NCBI GenBank assembly: GCA_963677495.2
Contig: CAXXOU010000001.1
Coordinates: 640,001-704,000 of the forward strand
DNA from: Candidatus Cloacimonadales bacterium
Lineage (GTDB): Bacteria; Cloacimonadota; Cloacimonadia; Cloacimonadales; JAFGVF01
Length of the DNA stretch: 64,000 bases
Direction: 5' to 3'
How positions within the stretch are numbered: position 1 is the first letter of the stretch; every line of letters begins with the position of its first letter. The position numbers were made by a program, and so were the translations under genes. Under the pieces are notes generated by a model, which worked only from the letters and a program-made list of their open reading frames with translations, was not told where the DNA came from and did no database searches. Of the stretch, positions 19,194 to 30,169 are shown one piece after another.

Positions 19194-21677
19194 TTATTTT
19201 GCAACAACGATACTTACGATTTTCTTCTTAACGACGATTATCTTTTTAATTTCTTTTCCTTCCAGAGCTTGTTGCACTTTAGGGATAGCAAGAGCTACTT
19301 CTTTAATCGCTTCATCATCAGAGTCGGAAGATACATCAACTTTACCTCTGATTTTGCCGTTGATTTGAACAACAATAGTCATATTATTCTTCACAAGGAA
19401 CTTAGGATTATGAGCAGGAACACCGGCTTCATGAACGAAACCTTCGTTACCGGTCATCTTATAAAGTTCTTCAGAGATATGTGGAGCGAATGGGTAAAGC
19501 AATCTTACAATCATCATGCAAGCTTCAGCATAAACCATTTTTTCCTCATCACTGAGTGATTCAATCTCTTTAATTGAAGAAACCTTGTTAAGGTGCTCCA
19601 TAATTGCAGCAATTGCAGTGTTGAACTGCATTCTATTCTCAATATCATCACTCCAACGTTTCATCATTGTGTGAGTCGAGAATCTAAGCTCATCAATAGT
19701 TTTAGAGATCTTCACATCTTCTGCATAAGGTTTATTGAAAGCTTTAATAGTTTCAATATTACCTTCCACGAGACGCCATACTCTGTTCAAGAACCTGAAA
19801 GCTCCAACAACAGCATCATCGTTCCAATCAACATCTTTCTCCGGTGGTGATGCGAAGAGCATGAACACTCTGATTGTGTCAGAGCCATATCTATCAATGT
19901 ATTCCTGAGGGTCTACACCATTACCCTTTGACTTTGACATCTTGGAGCCTTGATTAAGAACCATACCTTGAGTAAGTAGTCTTGCAAACGGTTCATCACA
20001 GTTTACCATGCCAATATCTCTCAGGAACTTGTGGAAGAACCTTGCATAAATCAGATGCATACAAGCATGCTCGATACCACCGATATATTGGTCTACAGGC
20101 AACCATTGATTACCTCTCTCCTGTGAGAAAGGAAGACTTTCATTTTTAGGGTCAGCATAACGGGCAAAATACCAGGAACTATCTACGAAAGTATCCATAG
20201 TATCTGTCTCACGCTTAGCCGGTTCTCCACACTTTGGACATGTGCAGTTGACCCAATCTTCAACTGAAAGAAGCGGGTTATTTGTTGTTTTACCAACCTG
20301 TACGTTATCAGGAAGTCTAACCGGTAAATCTTCGTCCCGTACGAGTACTTCACCACATTTATCACAATAGATAACAGGGATTGGGTTACCCCAGTAACGC
20401 TGACGGGATACACCCCAGTCACGCAACCTGAATGTAACAGTTTCCTCTCCCATATCATTCTCTGCTATCCATGTTGAGATTGCTTTCTTAGATGCAACGC
20501 TGTCTTCATCATCGAACTTATCAGAATTCACAAGAACACCGGGTTCAATATATGCAGCTTCCATATCTTCCAGAACCAGTGATTTCTCGGGGTTCTGAAT
20601 AACCATCTTCATTGGAATTTCATACTTCTTTGCAAACTCAAAGTCTCTTTGATCATGAGCAGGAACTGCCATAACAGCACCGGTACCGTAGTCCATGAGA
20701 ACGTAGTTTGTCACCCAGATTTGTACTCTATCACCATTAACAGGATTTGTACAATAAAGACCGGTGAATACACCTTCTTTAGTTGTATCATCAGCACCAC
20801 GAGTAATCTTATCTTCGTTGAGTACCTTCTCGCAGAACTGAGCAAGTTTTGGGTCTACATTAGGGTCTCTAAGTAGAGCTCTTATTATATCATGTTCAGG
20901 TGGAAGTGCCATAAAGGTAACACCAAATATGGTATCTGGTCTGGTTGTGAAGACTTTCACTATCTCGTCAGAACCTTCCATTTTGAAGTTAATTTCTGTA
21001 CCGGTAGAGCGACCAATCCAGTTTTTCTGCATTGTCATCACTTTCTCAGGCCAATCAATCACTTTAGAGAAATCAAGAAGCTCTTCAGCATACTCAGTGA
21101 TTTTGAAGTACCACTGCTCCATCTCTTTCTGGCGAACAACACTACTACATCTCCAACATGATCCATCTTCTACCTGCTCGTTAGCGAGTACGGTTTGGCA
21201 ATCGTCACACCAGTTCACAAAAGATGACTTCTTATATACAAGTCCCTTTTCATAAAGACGTTTAAAAATCCACTGTCCCCATCTATAGTAATCAGGTGTA
21301 CAAGTAGCAACTTTTCTTTCCCAATCAAACCCGAATCCCATGGCAGTAAACTGACCTTGCATTATGTCCATGTTCTGCTCTGTTGTGATTCTTGGATGGG
21401 AGTTATGCTCAATCGCGAAGTTCTCAGCAGGCATACCGAAAGCATCGTATCCCATTGGCTGCATCACATTGAAACCTTGCATTAATTTATATCTTGATAT
21501 TGCATCACCGATTGAATAATTAGAAACATGTCCCATGTGTAATGCGCCTGACGGATAAGGGAACATTGATAAGACATAGTATTTGGGTTTTGTTGAATTA
21601 TCATCTGCGTTAAAAACTCGGTTCTCAATCCACTTATCTTGCCATTTCTTCTCAATGACTTCAAATGGGTATTCCAT
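19194..21677 (-). CDS. leuS: Leucine--tRNA ligase
   Basis: MFPYPSGALHMGH, KMSKSKGN, editing-domain GTGAVMAVPAHDQRD, VVQINGKIRG. Confidence 0.98.
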   Translation of the reverse strand: MEYPFEVIEKKWQDKWIENRVFNADDNSTKPKYYVLSMFPYPSGALHMGHVSNYSIGDAISRYKLMQGFNVMQPMGYDAFGMPAENFAIEHNSHPRITTEQNMDIMQGQFTAMGFGFDWERKVATCTPDYYRWGQWIFKRLYEKGLVYKKSSFVNWCDDCQTVLANEQVEDGSCWRCSSVVRQKEMEQWYFKITEYAEELLDFSKVIDWPEKVMTMQKNWIGRSTGTEINFKMEGSDEIVKVFTTRPDTIFGVTFMALPPEHDIIRALLRDPNVDPKLAQFCEKVLNEDKITRGADDTTKEGVFTGLYCTNPVNGDRVQIWVTNYVLMDYGTGAVMAVPAHDQRDFEFAKKYEIPMKMVIQNPEKSLVLEDMEAAYIEPGVLVNSDKFDDEDSVASKKAISTWIAENDMGEETVTFRLRDWGVSRQRYWGNPIPVIYCDKCGEVLVRDEDLPVRLPDNVQVGKTTNNPLLSVEDWVNCTCPKCGEPAKRETDTMDTFVDSSWYFARYADPKNESLPFSQERGNQWLPVDQYIGGIEHACMHLIYARFFHKFLRDIGMVNCDEPFARLLTQGMVLNQGSKMSKSKGNGVDPQEYIDRYGSDTIRVFMLFASPPEKDVDWNDDAVVGAFRFLNRVWRLVEGNIETIKAFNKPYAEDVKISKTIDELRFSTHTMMKRWSDDIENRMQFNTAIAAIMEHLNKVSSIKEIESLSDEEKMVYAEACMMIVRLLYPFAPHISEELYKMTGNEGFVHEAGVPAHNPKFLVKNNMTIVVQINGKIRGKVDVSSDSDDEAIKEVALAIPKVQQALEGKEIKKIIVVKKKIVSIVVAK

Positions 21678-22081
21678 AATTCCTCCATCTGCTTTATATT
21701 CTTCTACAGTAATCCGTCTTCTGTAGAGAAAGCTTAATCAACTAAATACAATGAATAACTAACATTTAAGCATTAGAAATACAGTCAATTTCTTTTTCGA
21801 AGCTTACCCGGATATAGAGTTTGTCAAGACTGCATGTTCGATTATTATATACACATATCTCATAGTTGAGAGGAGATATGATTAACCGGATAGATGCTTC
21901 GGGATATTGTTAGATTGTTTGGTTTTGAATGGTGAAATTTCTTGATTAAACAATTGATTTAGAGCTATCCTAACCTCCTGAATTGTTTGCCTGCTCTGAA
22001 TCAGGTTTATCTCTCTATCCACAACTTAGAAATGTAAAGATATTGGCTAAGTCTAATATTAGGCTTAATCTACCTAATAAT

Positions 22082-22118
22082 AAGAGTCCACTGATTTTGG
22101 GTCGGTGGACTCTTTTTT
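22082..22118 (+). terminator. Orphan terminator-like hairpin
   Basis: aagagtccactga-ttttggg-tcggtggactctt followed by tttt; no plus-strand CDS upstream. Confidence 0.5.
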
Positions 22119-22163
22119 ATATATGGATTAATAACAAGTCTTGCCTTAGCAGATCCCACAACA

Positions 22164-22372
22164 TTGTCACCCTGAGCGGAGTGAACGCAATGAAATGAGT
22201 GAACGCAGTCGAATGGGCCTTTCGGATACCTTTAGTGGATGTCGAATGGAGTATTGACTTATCTTCTTTTGTTTCCCTATAGGGAAAATGCTCTTTCTCA
22301 GATGGGAAACTAAAGTTATCGGAACGATACATTCGACTCCGTTCGCAAAACTCACTTCGTTCAGTATGACAA
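22164..22372. repeat. REP/MITE-like long palindromic element
   Basis: ttgtcaccctgagcggagtga (22164-22184) pairs with tcacttcgttcagtatgacaa (22352-22372). Inner stems gaacgcagtcgaatg/cattcgactccgttc and cttttgtttccc/gggaaactaaag. Confidence 0.7.
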
Positions 22373-22478
22373 CAAGTATGGTATTCGGATTTGCAGTAGC
22401 TAATCCCATATAATTGTCACATATCCATTTCGCTTCGCTCCACGCATTATTGCGATGAAAACAATAATGTATCATAAT

Positions 22479-22504
22479 AAAAAAAGGGCGGCCGGGAGGC
22501 CGCC
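22479..22504 (-). terminator. Strong intrinsic terminator
   Basis: ggcggcc-ggga-ggccgcc with an A7 tract (U tract on the minus strand), about 245 nt downstream of rarD. Confidence 0.8.
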
Positions 22505-22560
22505 AGTTTGGTAGTTAGGGAGATCCTTCTTGAGAGGTCTTTTCAAGAAAATTTTTATAT

Positions 22561-22623
22561 TTAATAGAAATATCGGATTAATAGCATTAAATCGTTTGTT
22601 TTCATAATCTCGGATACTTCCAT
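22561..22623 (-). CDS. Candidate 20-aa small peptide MEVSEIMKTNDLMLLIRYFY (or part of an sRNA)
   Basis: ATG preceded by AAGGGGA; lies between a CTTGACA promoter element (22674-22680) and the terminator at 22479-22504. Confidence 0.3.
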   Translation of the reverse strand: MEVSEIMKTNDLMLLIRYFY

Positions 22624-22747
22624 GTTTAATATTCCCCTTGAATATAACTGAAAATTATATGTTGGTTTAAACTTGTCAAGAACTTTTGTTACTCTTTTGC
22701 TTTTAATTAGTAACAATTACTGAAATGAATATTGATTCATACTCCTG

Positions 22748-23635
22748 CTAGCCCTCTACTTCTTTGGCTTTGAGCCTATATGTCCTTATATTTTCAATTG
22801 TGTAAATAATTACTGCGACCCAAATTAAACTGAAGCCAATTAGCTTACTCATTGGGAATGTCTCATCGTAAACAACTATCCCAATTAGCAATTGTAAAGT
22901 CGGGGCAATATATTGTAGAATCCCAAGCTGACTTAGACTGATCTTCTTTGCAGCAATTGAGAATAGAAGAAGTGGCAGACCGGTTACTGCTCCTGAACAA
23001 AAAAGCAGGAAAGTCATTGTTAAGTCATCAAAAGTAAAACTTCCTGCACCATTAAATCCGAGTATAATCAAGAATGCCAAAGCCGGTATAAACTGAAATC
23101 CGGTTTCAATAGCCATACCTTCTATACTAGGAAGCTTCACTCCCTTTTTAATTAAACCATAGAAACTAAAACTAAAGGCTAATATCAATCCCCTCCATGG
23201 CAATCTCCCAAACACAAATGTTAGATAAAGAACACCACAAACAGCCAGGACAATTGCTCCTAACTGAATCGGTTGTAGTTTCTCCTTCAATAAAATCACT
23301 CCCAGTGCAACAGCAACTAATGGATTGATAAAGTAACCTAAACTTGCTTCAACAACATGACCGTTTAAAACACAATAGATATATATAAACCAGTTAAAGG
23401 AGATGAAGGTAGCGCTTAAAGCATATCTCCAAAGCTGGTCGGGAGCCTTTTTTAGTTCTCTAAACACCTTCCAACTCTTTCTAAATGTGATCAAAGCTAA
23501 AAAGAATCCTAAAGACCAGACCATTCTATGTGCTAAAACTTCAATGGCAGGAAGCCCATCAAGCAGCTTCCAGAAGAGAGGTAACAACCCCCAAAGTATG
23601 TATGAGCTAAGTCCAATTAGTATTCCCGGATTCAT
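22748..23635 (-). CDS. rarD: EamA/DMT family transporter RarD
   Basis: YILWGLLPLFWKLL, EVLAHRMVWS, VEASLGYFINPL, LQYIAPTLQ. Confidence 0.92.
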   Translation of the reverse strand: MNPGILIGLSSYILWGLLPLFWKLLDGLPAIEVLAHRMVWSLGFFLALITFRKSWKVFRELKKAPDQLWRYALSATFISFNWFIYIYCVLNGHVVEASLGYFINPLVAVALGVILLKEKLQPIQLGAIVLAVCGVLYLTFVFGRLPWRGLILAFSFSFYGLIKKGVKLPSIEGMAIETGFQFIPALAFLIILGFNGAGSFTFDDLTMTFLLFCSGAVTGLPLLLFSIAAKKISLSQLGILQYIAPTLQLLIGIVVYDETFPMSKLIGFSLIWVAVIIYTIENIRTYRLKAKEVEG

Positions 23636-23888
23636 CTTGCTACCTCTAAAATTTTATTATAAGTACACCTACTATTCAGAACATATACTGTCAACATGCA
23701 TATTGAAAACCAGAAAAACATGAAAATAGATATCCGTATAATCATTTATCTTCATCCGGTAAGACAGCTATTTTATATCTTGTAACTCTCAGCATTTGGA
23801 CTAATTACATATTATAGAATGCTTTTTTCATTGACCCTATCTATAGTTTCGAAATTAGTGAAAGAATAATAAATATGAAGGTGAATAA

Positions 23889-25226
23889 TTGACTATCATA
23901 AACTTACTGATATTTGGAATATCACTTGGTGTACTGGTTACAGTGCATGAATTTGGACATCTAATTGTTGCAAAGCTTTTTGGAGTGTATGTAGAGAAGT
24001 TTTCTATCGGATTTGGACCAAAGCTTATCGCATATAAAAGCAAAACTACTGAATACAGGCTTTCATTACTGCCACTAGGTGGATATGTTAAGATGAAAGG
24101 TGAGAACGCTGATGAGAAGAAGCCGGATGACGATTCTTTCTCGCAGATGGAGTGGTGGAAAAGAGCTCTTATCACACTGGGTGGTCCATTCTTTAATCTT
24201 ATTTTCGGATTCCTGCTTTTTGCCCTAATGTTTGGAATGGGAAAATCCTATGAAGACCATTTTCCGGTGATTGCAGAAGCTGATTCTCTATATGCAACTT
24301 ACTTCCAAGTTGATGATGAAATTCTAAGTGTAAATAATCATAGTATAAATGGTTTTAATCAGGTTCTTGAACATCTAAAATCAGATAATGAGAATAGATT
24401 TGAACTTGAAAGAGATGGGAATAAAATTGAGGTAGTTACTCAAGGTATCTCTCCAGAGAAGTGGGTAACATTCCTTAGACCTGAAATTCCACCTAAAGTG
24501 GGTGAAGTCTCTCCCGGGATGCCTGCTTACAGAGCCGGTTTGAAACCTGGTGATGAGATAATAGATGTTGATGGAAAGTCCGTATCAACCTGGTTGGAGA
24601 TGAGGAATGCTATTGTAAATAGTGATAAGACATCTCTTAACTTTAGGGTTAGAAGAGACAACATATTGCTTCAGAAAACTATCAACCTGGAAGAGAACGC
24701 CCTTTCAAATGGGCAGAAGATGATTGGTATAACTCAGTTCATGCCTGTGAAATATGAAGAGAGATACAATCCAATCGAGTGCATAGCTAATGCCGGAAAC
24801 ATGACAGCAAACTTTATTGTTGCTAACTATACCGGAATGTACTACCTGCTAAAGAATCCGCAAACCTTAAAATCAAGTGTTGGTGGACCTGTGATGATGT
24901 ACTCACTAGCACAACGCTCTACAAGTAAGGGATTAGACAACCTTATTGGGTTTGTAGCAGCTTTAAGTTTAATCTTGATGGTAATGAATCTATTACCAAT
25001 CCCGATATTAGATGGTGGTCAGTTCTTCTTCTATTTAATCGAAGGAATTACAGGCAAACCATTGTCAGTTAAAGTACAGATGTTCCTTCAACAAGTTGGA
25101 CTGTTTCTATTGTTATCGCTGATGGTTTTTGCTTTCTATAGTGATTTTAGTCAGATGTTTAAAAGAAACATGTCGATAAGATCAGACACAGCTAATGGCA
25201 AAGTGTCTACAGAGATAAAGGAGTAA
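23889..25226 (+). CDS. rseP: RIP metalloprotease RseP (M50, PDZ domains)
   Basis: HEFGH, FSIGFGP, PLGGYVKM, two PDZ domains, NLLPIPILDGG; TTG start. Confidence 0.95.
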   Translation: MTIINLLIFGISLGVLVTVHEFGHLIVAKLFGVYVEKFSIGFGPKLIAYKSKTTEYRLSLLPLGGYVKMKGENADEKKPDDDSFSQMEWWKRALITLGGPFFNLIFGFLLFALMFGMGKSYEDHFPVIAEADSLYATYFQVDDEILSVNNHSINGFNQVLEHLKSDNENRFELERDGNKIEVVTQGISPEKWVTFLRPEIPPKVGEVSPGMPAYRAGLKPGDEIIDVDGKSVSTWLEMRNAIVNSDKTSLNFRVRRDNILLQKTINLEENALSNGQKMIGITQFMPVKYEERYNPIECIANAGNMTANFIVANYTGMYYLLKNPQTLKSSVGGPVMMYSLAQRSTSKGLDNLIGFVAALSLILMVMNLLPIPILDGGQFFFYLIEGITGKPLSVKVQMFLQQVGLFLLLSLMVFAFYSDFSQMFKRNMSIRSDTANGKVSTEIKE

Positions 25227-26348
<1,122 letters not shown>

Positions 26349-26407
26349 ACTATTTCGATTATTATTTACTGTACAACAATGAATTATATATTGATTCGGG
26401 AGGAACT

Positions 26408-26884
26408 ATGATTAGAAAAGTTATGATTATATTGACTATGTTGTTAGCGATTCAACTCTTTGCTGAGAAACTCCCTATAGAAGTGTTTGAGCTTCCTAAA
26501 GATGCAGTCAGAATTGATGAGTTAAAAACTATAGATGGTAGAACTTTCTTGAATGATGAACCGTATACAGGCGTATCATATGATAGGTATGAGAACGACA
26601 AACTCAAAGAGGTAACTACTTACAAGAAGGGTATGCTTTGTGGACCTCAATATGAGTGGTATGAAACCGGAGAAAAGCTTCTCTCGACCAATTACAAGAT
26701 GGGTAAACTTAACGGAAGCTATACTGCTTGGTATCTAAATGGAGTATATATATATAATCTTGTTTTCCGTGACGGTAAGCTTAACTATGACACTCAGTTA
26801 AGTGAAGATGACAGCAGAGAAGAGACCGATGGTGACGAAGTAGAACTAGATACAGAAGCGGATAATGAAGTAAAGGGTAAATAG
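26408..26884 (+). CDS. Exported MORN-variant repeat (YwqK-like) protein
   Basis: Signal peptide; YTG...YENDKL, G...WYETGEK, NG...WYLNG repeats; acidic tail. Confidence 0.7.
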   Translation: MIRKVMIILTMLLAIQLFAEKLPIEVFELPKDAVRIDELKTIDGRTFLNDEPYTGVSYDRYENDKLKEVTTYKKGMLCGPQYEWYETGEKLLSTNYKMGKLNGSYTAWYLNGVYIYNLVFRDGKLNYDTQLSEDDSREETDGDEVELDTEADNEVKGK

Positions 26885-27697
26885 ATGTTAACAGTTAATG
26901 ATTTTCCAAAAATGAAAGCTAAAGGACAGCTGATTTCTTCTCTTACTGCTTATGACTACTCATCAGCAAAACTTGCTGAAGAAGCAGAAGTTGACTTTAT
27001 CTTAGTTGGTGACAGCCTGGGAATGGTTGTGTTAGGATATGAATCAACAATTCAAGTTACAATTGAAGACATTCTGCATCACACTAAAGCTGTTAGGCGC
27101 AGCACAAATAACACGTTCATTGTCGCTGACATGCCATATAAAAGCTATCATCTTTCTTTAGAGAAGACTAAAGAGAATGCTTTCAAGCTTATAGTTGAGG
27201 GTGGAGCTCATGCAGTTAAACTCGAAGGTGGTACAGAATCCCGCCTGGAAGCGATAAAAGCGATAGTTGATTGCGAGATTCCGGTTGTAGCACACTTAGG
27301 ACTCACCCCGCAGTCAGTTAACAAATTTGGGGGCTATAAAGTTCAGGGTAAAGGTGTCGCTCAATATGAGGAGATGGTTAAACAGGCTATCGAAGTGGAG
27401 AAAGCAGGAGCTTTCATGCTTGTGTTAGAAGGAATTCCTGAGAAACTTGGAAAAGAGATATCTGAAAAACTTACTATCCCAACTATTGGTATAGGTGCGG
27501 GAAGATATACTGATGGACAGATTTTAGTGTATCATGATATTCTCGGGTTGACAGATTTAGCTCCTAAGTTTTTAAAAAAGTATGCTGAGCTGGGCATCGA
27601 TATAAAATCAGCAATCATTAAGTACAATGAGGAAGTTAAAGATAGAAGCTTTCCTGAACAAAAGCATGTTTACTTCCCTATAGATAAAGAGGTTTAA
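26885..27697 (+). CDS. panB: 3-methyl-2-oxobutanoate hydroxymethyltransferase
   Basis: LTAYDY, ILVGDSLGM, VADMP, AVKLEGG, HLGLTPQS, TIGIGAG..DGQILV. Confidence 0.97.
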   Translation: MLTVNDFPKMKAKGQLISSLTAYDYSSAKLAEEAEVDFILVGDSLGMVVLGYESTIQVTIEDILHHTKAVRRSTNNTFIVADMPYKSYHLSLEKTKENAFKLIVEGGAHAVKLEGGTESRLEAIKAIVDCEIPVVAHLGLTPQSVNKFGGYKVQGKGVAQYEEMVKQAIEVEKAGAFMLVLEGIPEKLGKEISEKLTIPTIGIGAGRYTDGQILVYHDILGLTDLAPKFLKKYAELGIDIKSAIIKYNEEVKDRSFPEQKHVYFPIDKEV

Positions 27698-28324
27698 ATG
27701 GAAAATAAAGAGATATCAATGGAGATGACTCCACAAGAGAAGTTTGATTCAATCCACAATCTGAAGAAAACACTTGAAGAAAACTATCTAATGTTAGGTC
27801 AGATTCTCTCTGACGTGAAAAGAAAGGGTAGTTTCAAGATTAAGGGCTATAAATCTTTCAAAGAGTTTATCGAGAGTGAATACAATATGTCTTCAACTGT
27901 TGCTACAAAGCTTATTAATAACTATGAGCTTTTCGTAGAAGAGCTTGATATTGATGAAGAGACAGTTAAAGAGATTGGGCATGACCGTATGAATATGGTT
28001 AAGACCTTCGTTGACAAGGCTGAGAACTATGCTGAGCAGGAGGAATGGATCGAAACTGCCAAAGCTATGAATACAGCTGATTTGAAAGAGAAGATTAAAG
28101 AGATTAGGCAAACAGAAAAAGAGAATAAACGCTCATTCAAAGATCTACTCATTGAGCAATATTTAGAAAATATGGTTACCTACTTTAACTGCTCCCGTAA
28201 AGAACTTGATTTCAAACTTGCACTTTATTTCCAAGATGCAGATTTAGATGGCATTAAATCAATGATAAAAGAACGTCAGCGTCGCTTTGAAGATGAAGCT
28301 TCTCAAGGAGGTCAACCCCTTTAA
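27698..28324 (+). CDS. Hypothetical helical DNA-binding-like protein (DUF3102/plasmid-partition-like N-terminus)
   Basis: LGQILSDVKRKGSFKIKGYKSFKEFIESEYNMSSTVATKLI pattern; translationally coupled to panB. Confidence 0.45.
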   Translation: MENKEISMEMTPQEKFDSIHNLKKTLEENYLMLGQILSDVKRKGSFKIKGYKSFKEFIESEYNMSSTVATKLINNYELFVEELDIDEETVKEIGHDRMNMVKTFVDKAENYAEQEEWIETAKAMNTADLKEKIKEIRQTEKENKRSFKDLLIEQYLENMVTYFNCSRKELDFKLALYFQDADLDGIKSMIKERQRRFEDEASQGGQPL

Positions 28325-28412
28325 TTTGTTCTGTTAGAATGTTTTTACCTTTATAAAGCTCAGGTCAGTTGAACCTGAAACTTACAATATTAATGATTAA
28401 AGGTAGGTATAT

Positions 28413-29969
28413 ATGCGAAATATGCGAATCCTATGGGTAGATGACGAAGTTCAATTTCTGAAACCTTTTGTTCTGTTTCTGGAGAAGAAGGGCTATGAAA
28501 CAATAACAGCATCAAACGGTACTGATGCGATAGATTTAGTGTTGAAAGAACGCTTTGATTTAGTTATTTTAGATGAAATGATGCCGGGACTTGATGGTTT
28601 GGCAACATTACAAGAGATAAAAAATATTAATGCCGGTTTACCAATAATCATGGTAACTAAGAGTGAAGAAGAGGGCTTAATGGATAAGGCAATTGCAAGC
28701 CAAATTGCTGATTACCTTATCAAACCAATTAATCCAAACCAGATTATCATGGCTATCAAGAAGATATTCCAGGCTGACGATATTAGACAGAACAAGATTG
28801 GTGAGGATTATGCTAAGTTTATGGGGAAGGTCAATGGAACCATAAACTCAATGCCAACATTTGAGGAGTGGTACAATATCTATAATCAATTTGTTGATTG
28901 GGATATGAAACTTGATGGAATTAGCGATCCTAGTATTAAGCAAACTCACTTTCTGGAGAAGCGTAATTGCAACTCTGAATTCTGTGTTTTTGTTGAAGAA
29001 AACTATAAGAAATGGTTACAATCTGATGACAGACCTAATCTTTCTTTTGATATTGTTAGTGAGTATGTAACACCTCTTCTCAAAACAGATAGACCAACTT
29101 ACTTTATTATCCTCGACTGCATGAGGTTCGACCAGTTCAGGGTGATGGAACCATATATCCAAAAATTGTTCAACACAGAGGTAAAGAGCTATTTCAGTAT
29201 CCTTCCTACTGCTACTCCATACTCCAGAAACTCAATCTTCAGTGGTCTGTTACCGGAAGATATAGCTAATAGATTCCCTGAGTATTGGGCAGACAGTAAT
29301 GATTTGGATAATAGTAGAAATAGAAACGAACATCAGCTTCTGGATGAGCTCTTGTATGACTTAGGACATAAAATAGATCCACCAAGTAAATATGTTAAGA
29401 TTTTCGATATGGAAGAGGGTAATTATGTCTTAAGGAAGATTAATACATGGGGTAAAGAGAAACTTGTTGTACTCGTATATAACTTCCTTGATTTGGTTGC
29501 ACATCACCGTTCTCAAGATACAATTCTTCAGGAAACCATTCCTGACGAAGAAGCGCTTCGTGCTTTCACAAAACATTGGTTCCTGCATTCATCATTGTAT
29601 GAAGCATTGAAACTGATGAAACAGCAAGGAGCTAATGTTGTGATAACAACTGACCACGGTTCTATTAAAGTAAATCGAGCAACTCAGATGGTTGGAGATA
29701 GAAGAGCATCAGTAACTCTCAGATATAAAGAGGGTAAAAACCTTACTTCTAACCCAAAACACTCATATTTCGTCAAAGATCCAAGGGATATGGGACTTCC
29801 GGCAAAGAGTATTGTAGACAACTTCTCATTCGCTAAGGATGACTACTATTTCGTCTATCCAAACCAGTTCCATCACTATCAACGCCAGTTTAATGGCACC
29901 TTCCAGCATGGTGGAATATCAATGGAAGAGATGATTCTCCCGGTTGCAATTCTAACCCCTAAAGATTAG
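28413..29969 (+). CDS. porX: PorX-like response regulator with PglZ/alkaline-phosphatase domain
   Basis: ILWVDDE receiver, MVTKSEEE, YLIKPINPNQI, ILPTATPYSRNSIFSGL, ITTDHG, FQHGGISMEEM. Confidence 0.85.
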   Translation: MRNMRILWVDDEVQFLKPFVLFLEKKGYETITASNGTDAIDLVLKERFDLVILDEMMPGLDGLATLQEIKNINAGLPIIMVTKSEEEGLMDKAIASQIADYLIKPINPNQIIMAIKKIFQADDIRQNKIGEDYAKFMGKVNGTINSMPTFEEWYNIYNQFVDWDMKLDGISDPSIKQTHFLEKRNCNSEFCVFVEENYKKWLQSDDRPNLSFDIVSEYVTPLLKTDRPTYFIILDCMRFDQFRVMEPYIQKLFNTEVKSYFSILPTATPYSRNSIFSGLLPEDIANRFPEYWADSNDLDNSRNRNEHQLLDELLYDLGHKIDPPSKYVKIFDMEEGNYVLRKINTWGKEKLVVLVYNFLDLVAHHRSQDTILQETIPDEEALRAFTKHWFLHSSLYEALKLMKQQGANVVITTDHGSIKVNRATQMVGDRRASVTLRYKEGKNLTSNPKHSYFVKDPRDMGLPAKSIVDNFSFAKDDYYFVYPNQFHHYQRQFNGTFQHGGISMEEMILPVAILTPKD

Positions 29970-29990
29970 ATTATTCTTTAAATCATATAT

Positions 29991-30025
29991 AGGCTGGTCA
30001 CTTATGTGTATCAGCCTTTTCCTTT
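29991..30025 (+). terminator. Intrinsic terminator after porX
   Basis: aggctggt-cacttatgtgt-atcagcct followed by ttttccttt. Confidence 0.65.
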
Positions 30026-30095
30026 GCTCCAATAATATCCTCCATTTCTACGATACTACTATAATACTATCATAAAGTCTATCGTGTTATTTTTC

Positions 30096-30132
30096 CATTT
30101 TGCATTTAGCATTTAGCATTTTGCATTTAGCA
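30096..30132. repeat. Heptamer tandem repeat (CATTTWG)x5
   Basis: cattttg catttag catttag cattttg catttag ca; a shorter version sits near 50316-50333. Confidence 0.85.
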
Positions 30133-30169
30133 ACTATCGTGCAACTTTATCTCTATCACTTCTCTTTAT

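Noticed and set aside
21678..21830. T-box leader upstream of leuS
   Set aside because: The leader is short and lacks the T-box UGGNACC bulge motif; only a weak ctacag/ctgtag hairpin is present.
21983..22475. ORFs 21983-22198, 22117-22332 and 22167-22475
   Set aside because: They run through palindromic repeat DNA (for example RLRSL..LRSLRSG), a typical source of spurious ORFs, and have no SD.
26408..26884. Antitoxin of a YwqJK toxin-antitoxin pair
   Set aside because: Only MORN-variant repeats with a signal peptide are seen, in a housekeeping operon with no adjacent toxin.
28413..29969. BREX defence system suggested by the PglZ domain
   Set aside because: The PglZ domain is fused to a receiver domain (PorX architecture), and no brxABC, pglX or brxL genes are nearby.
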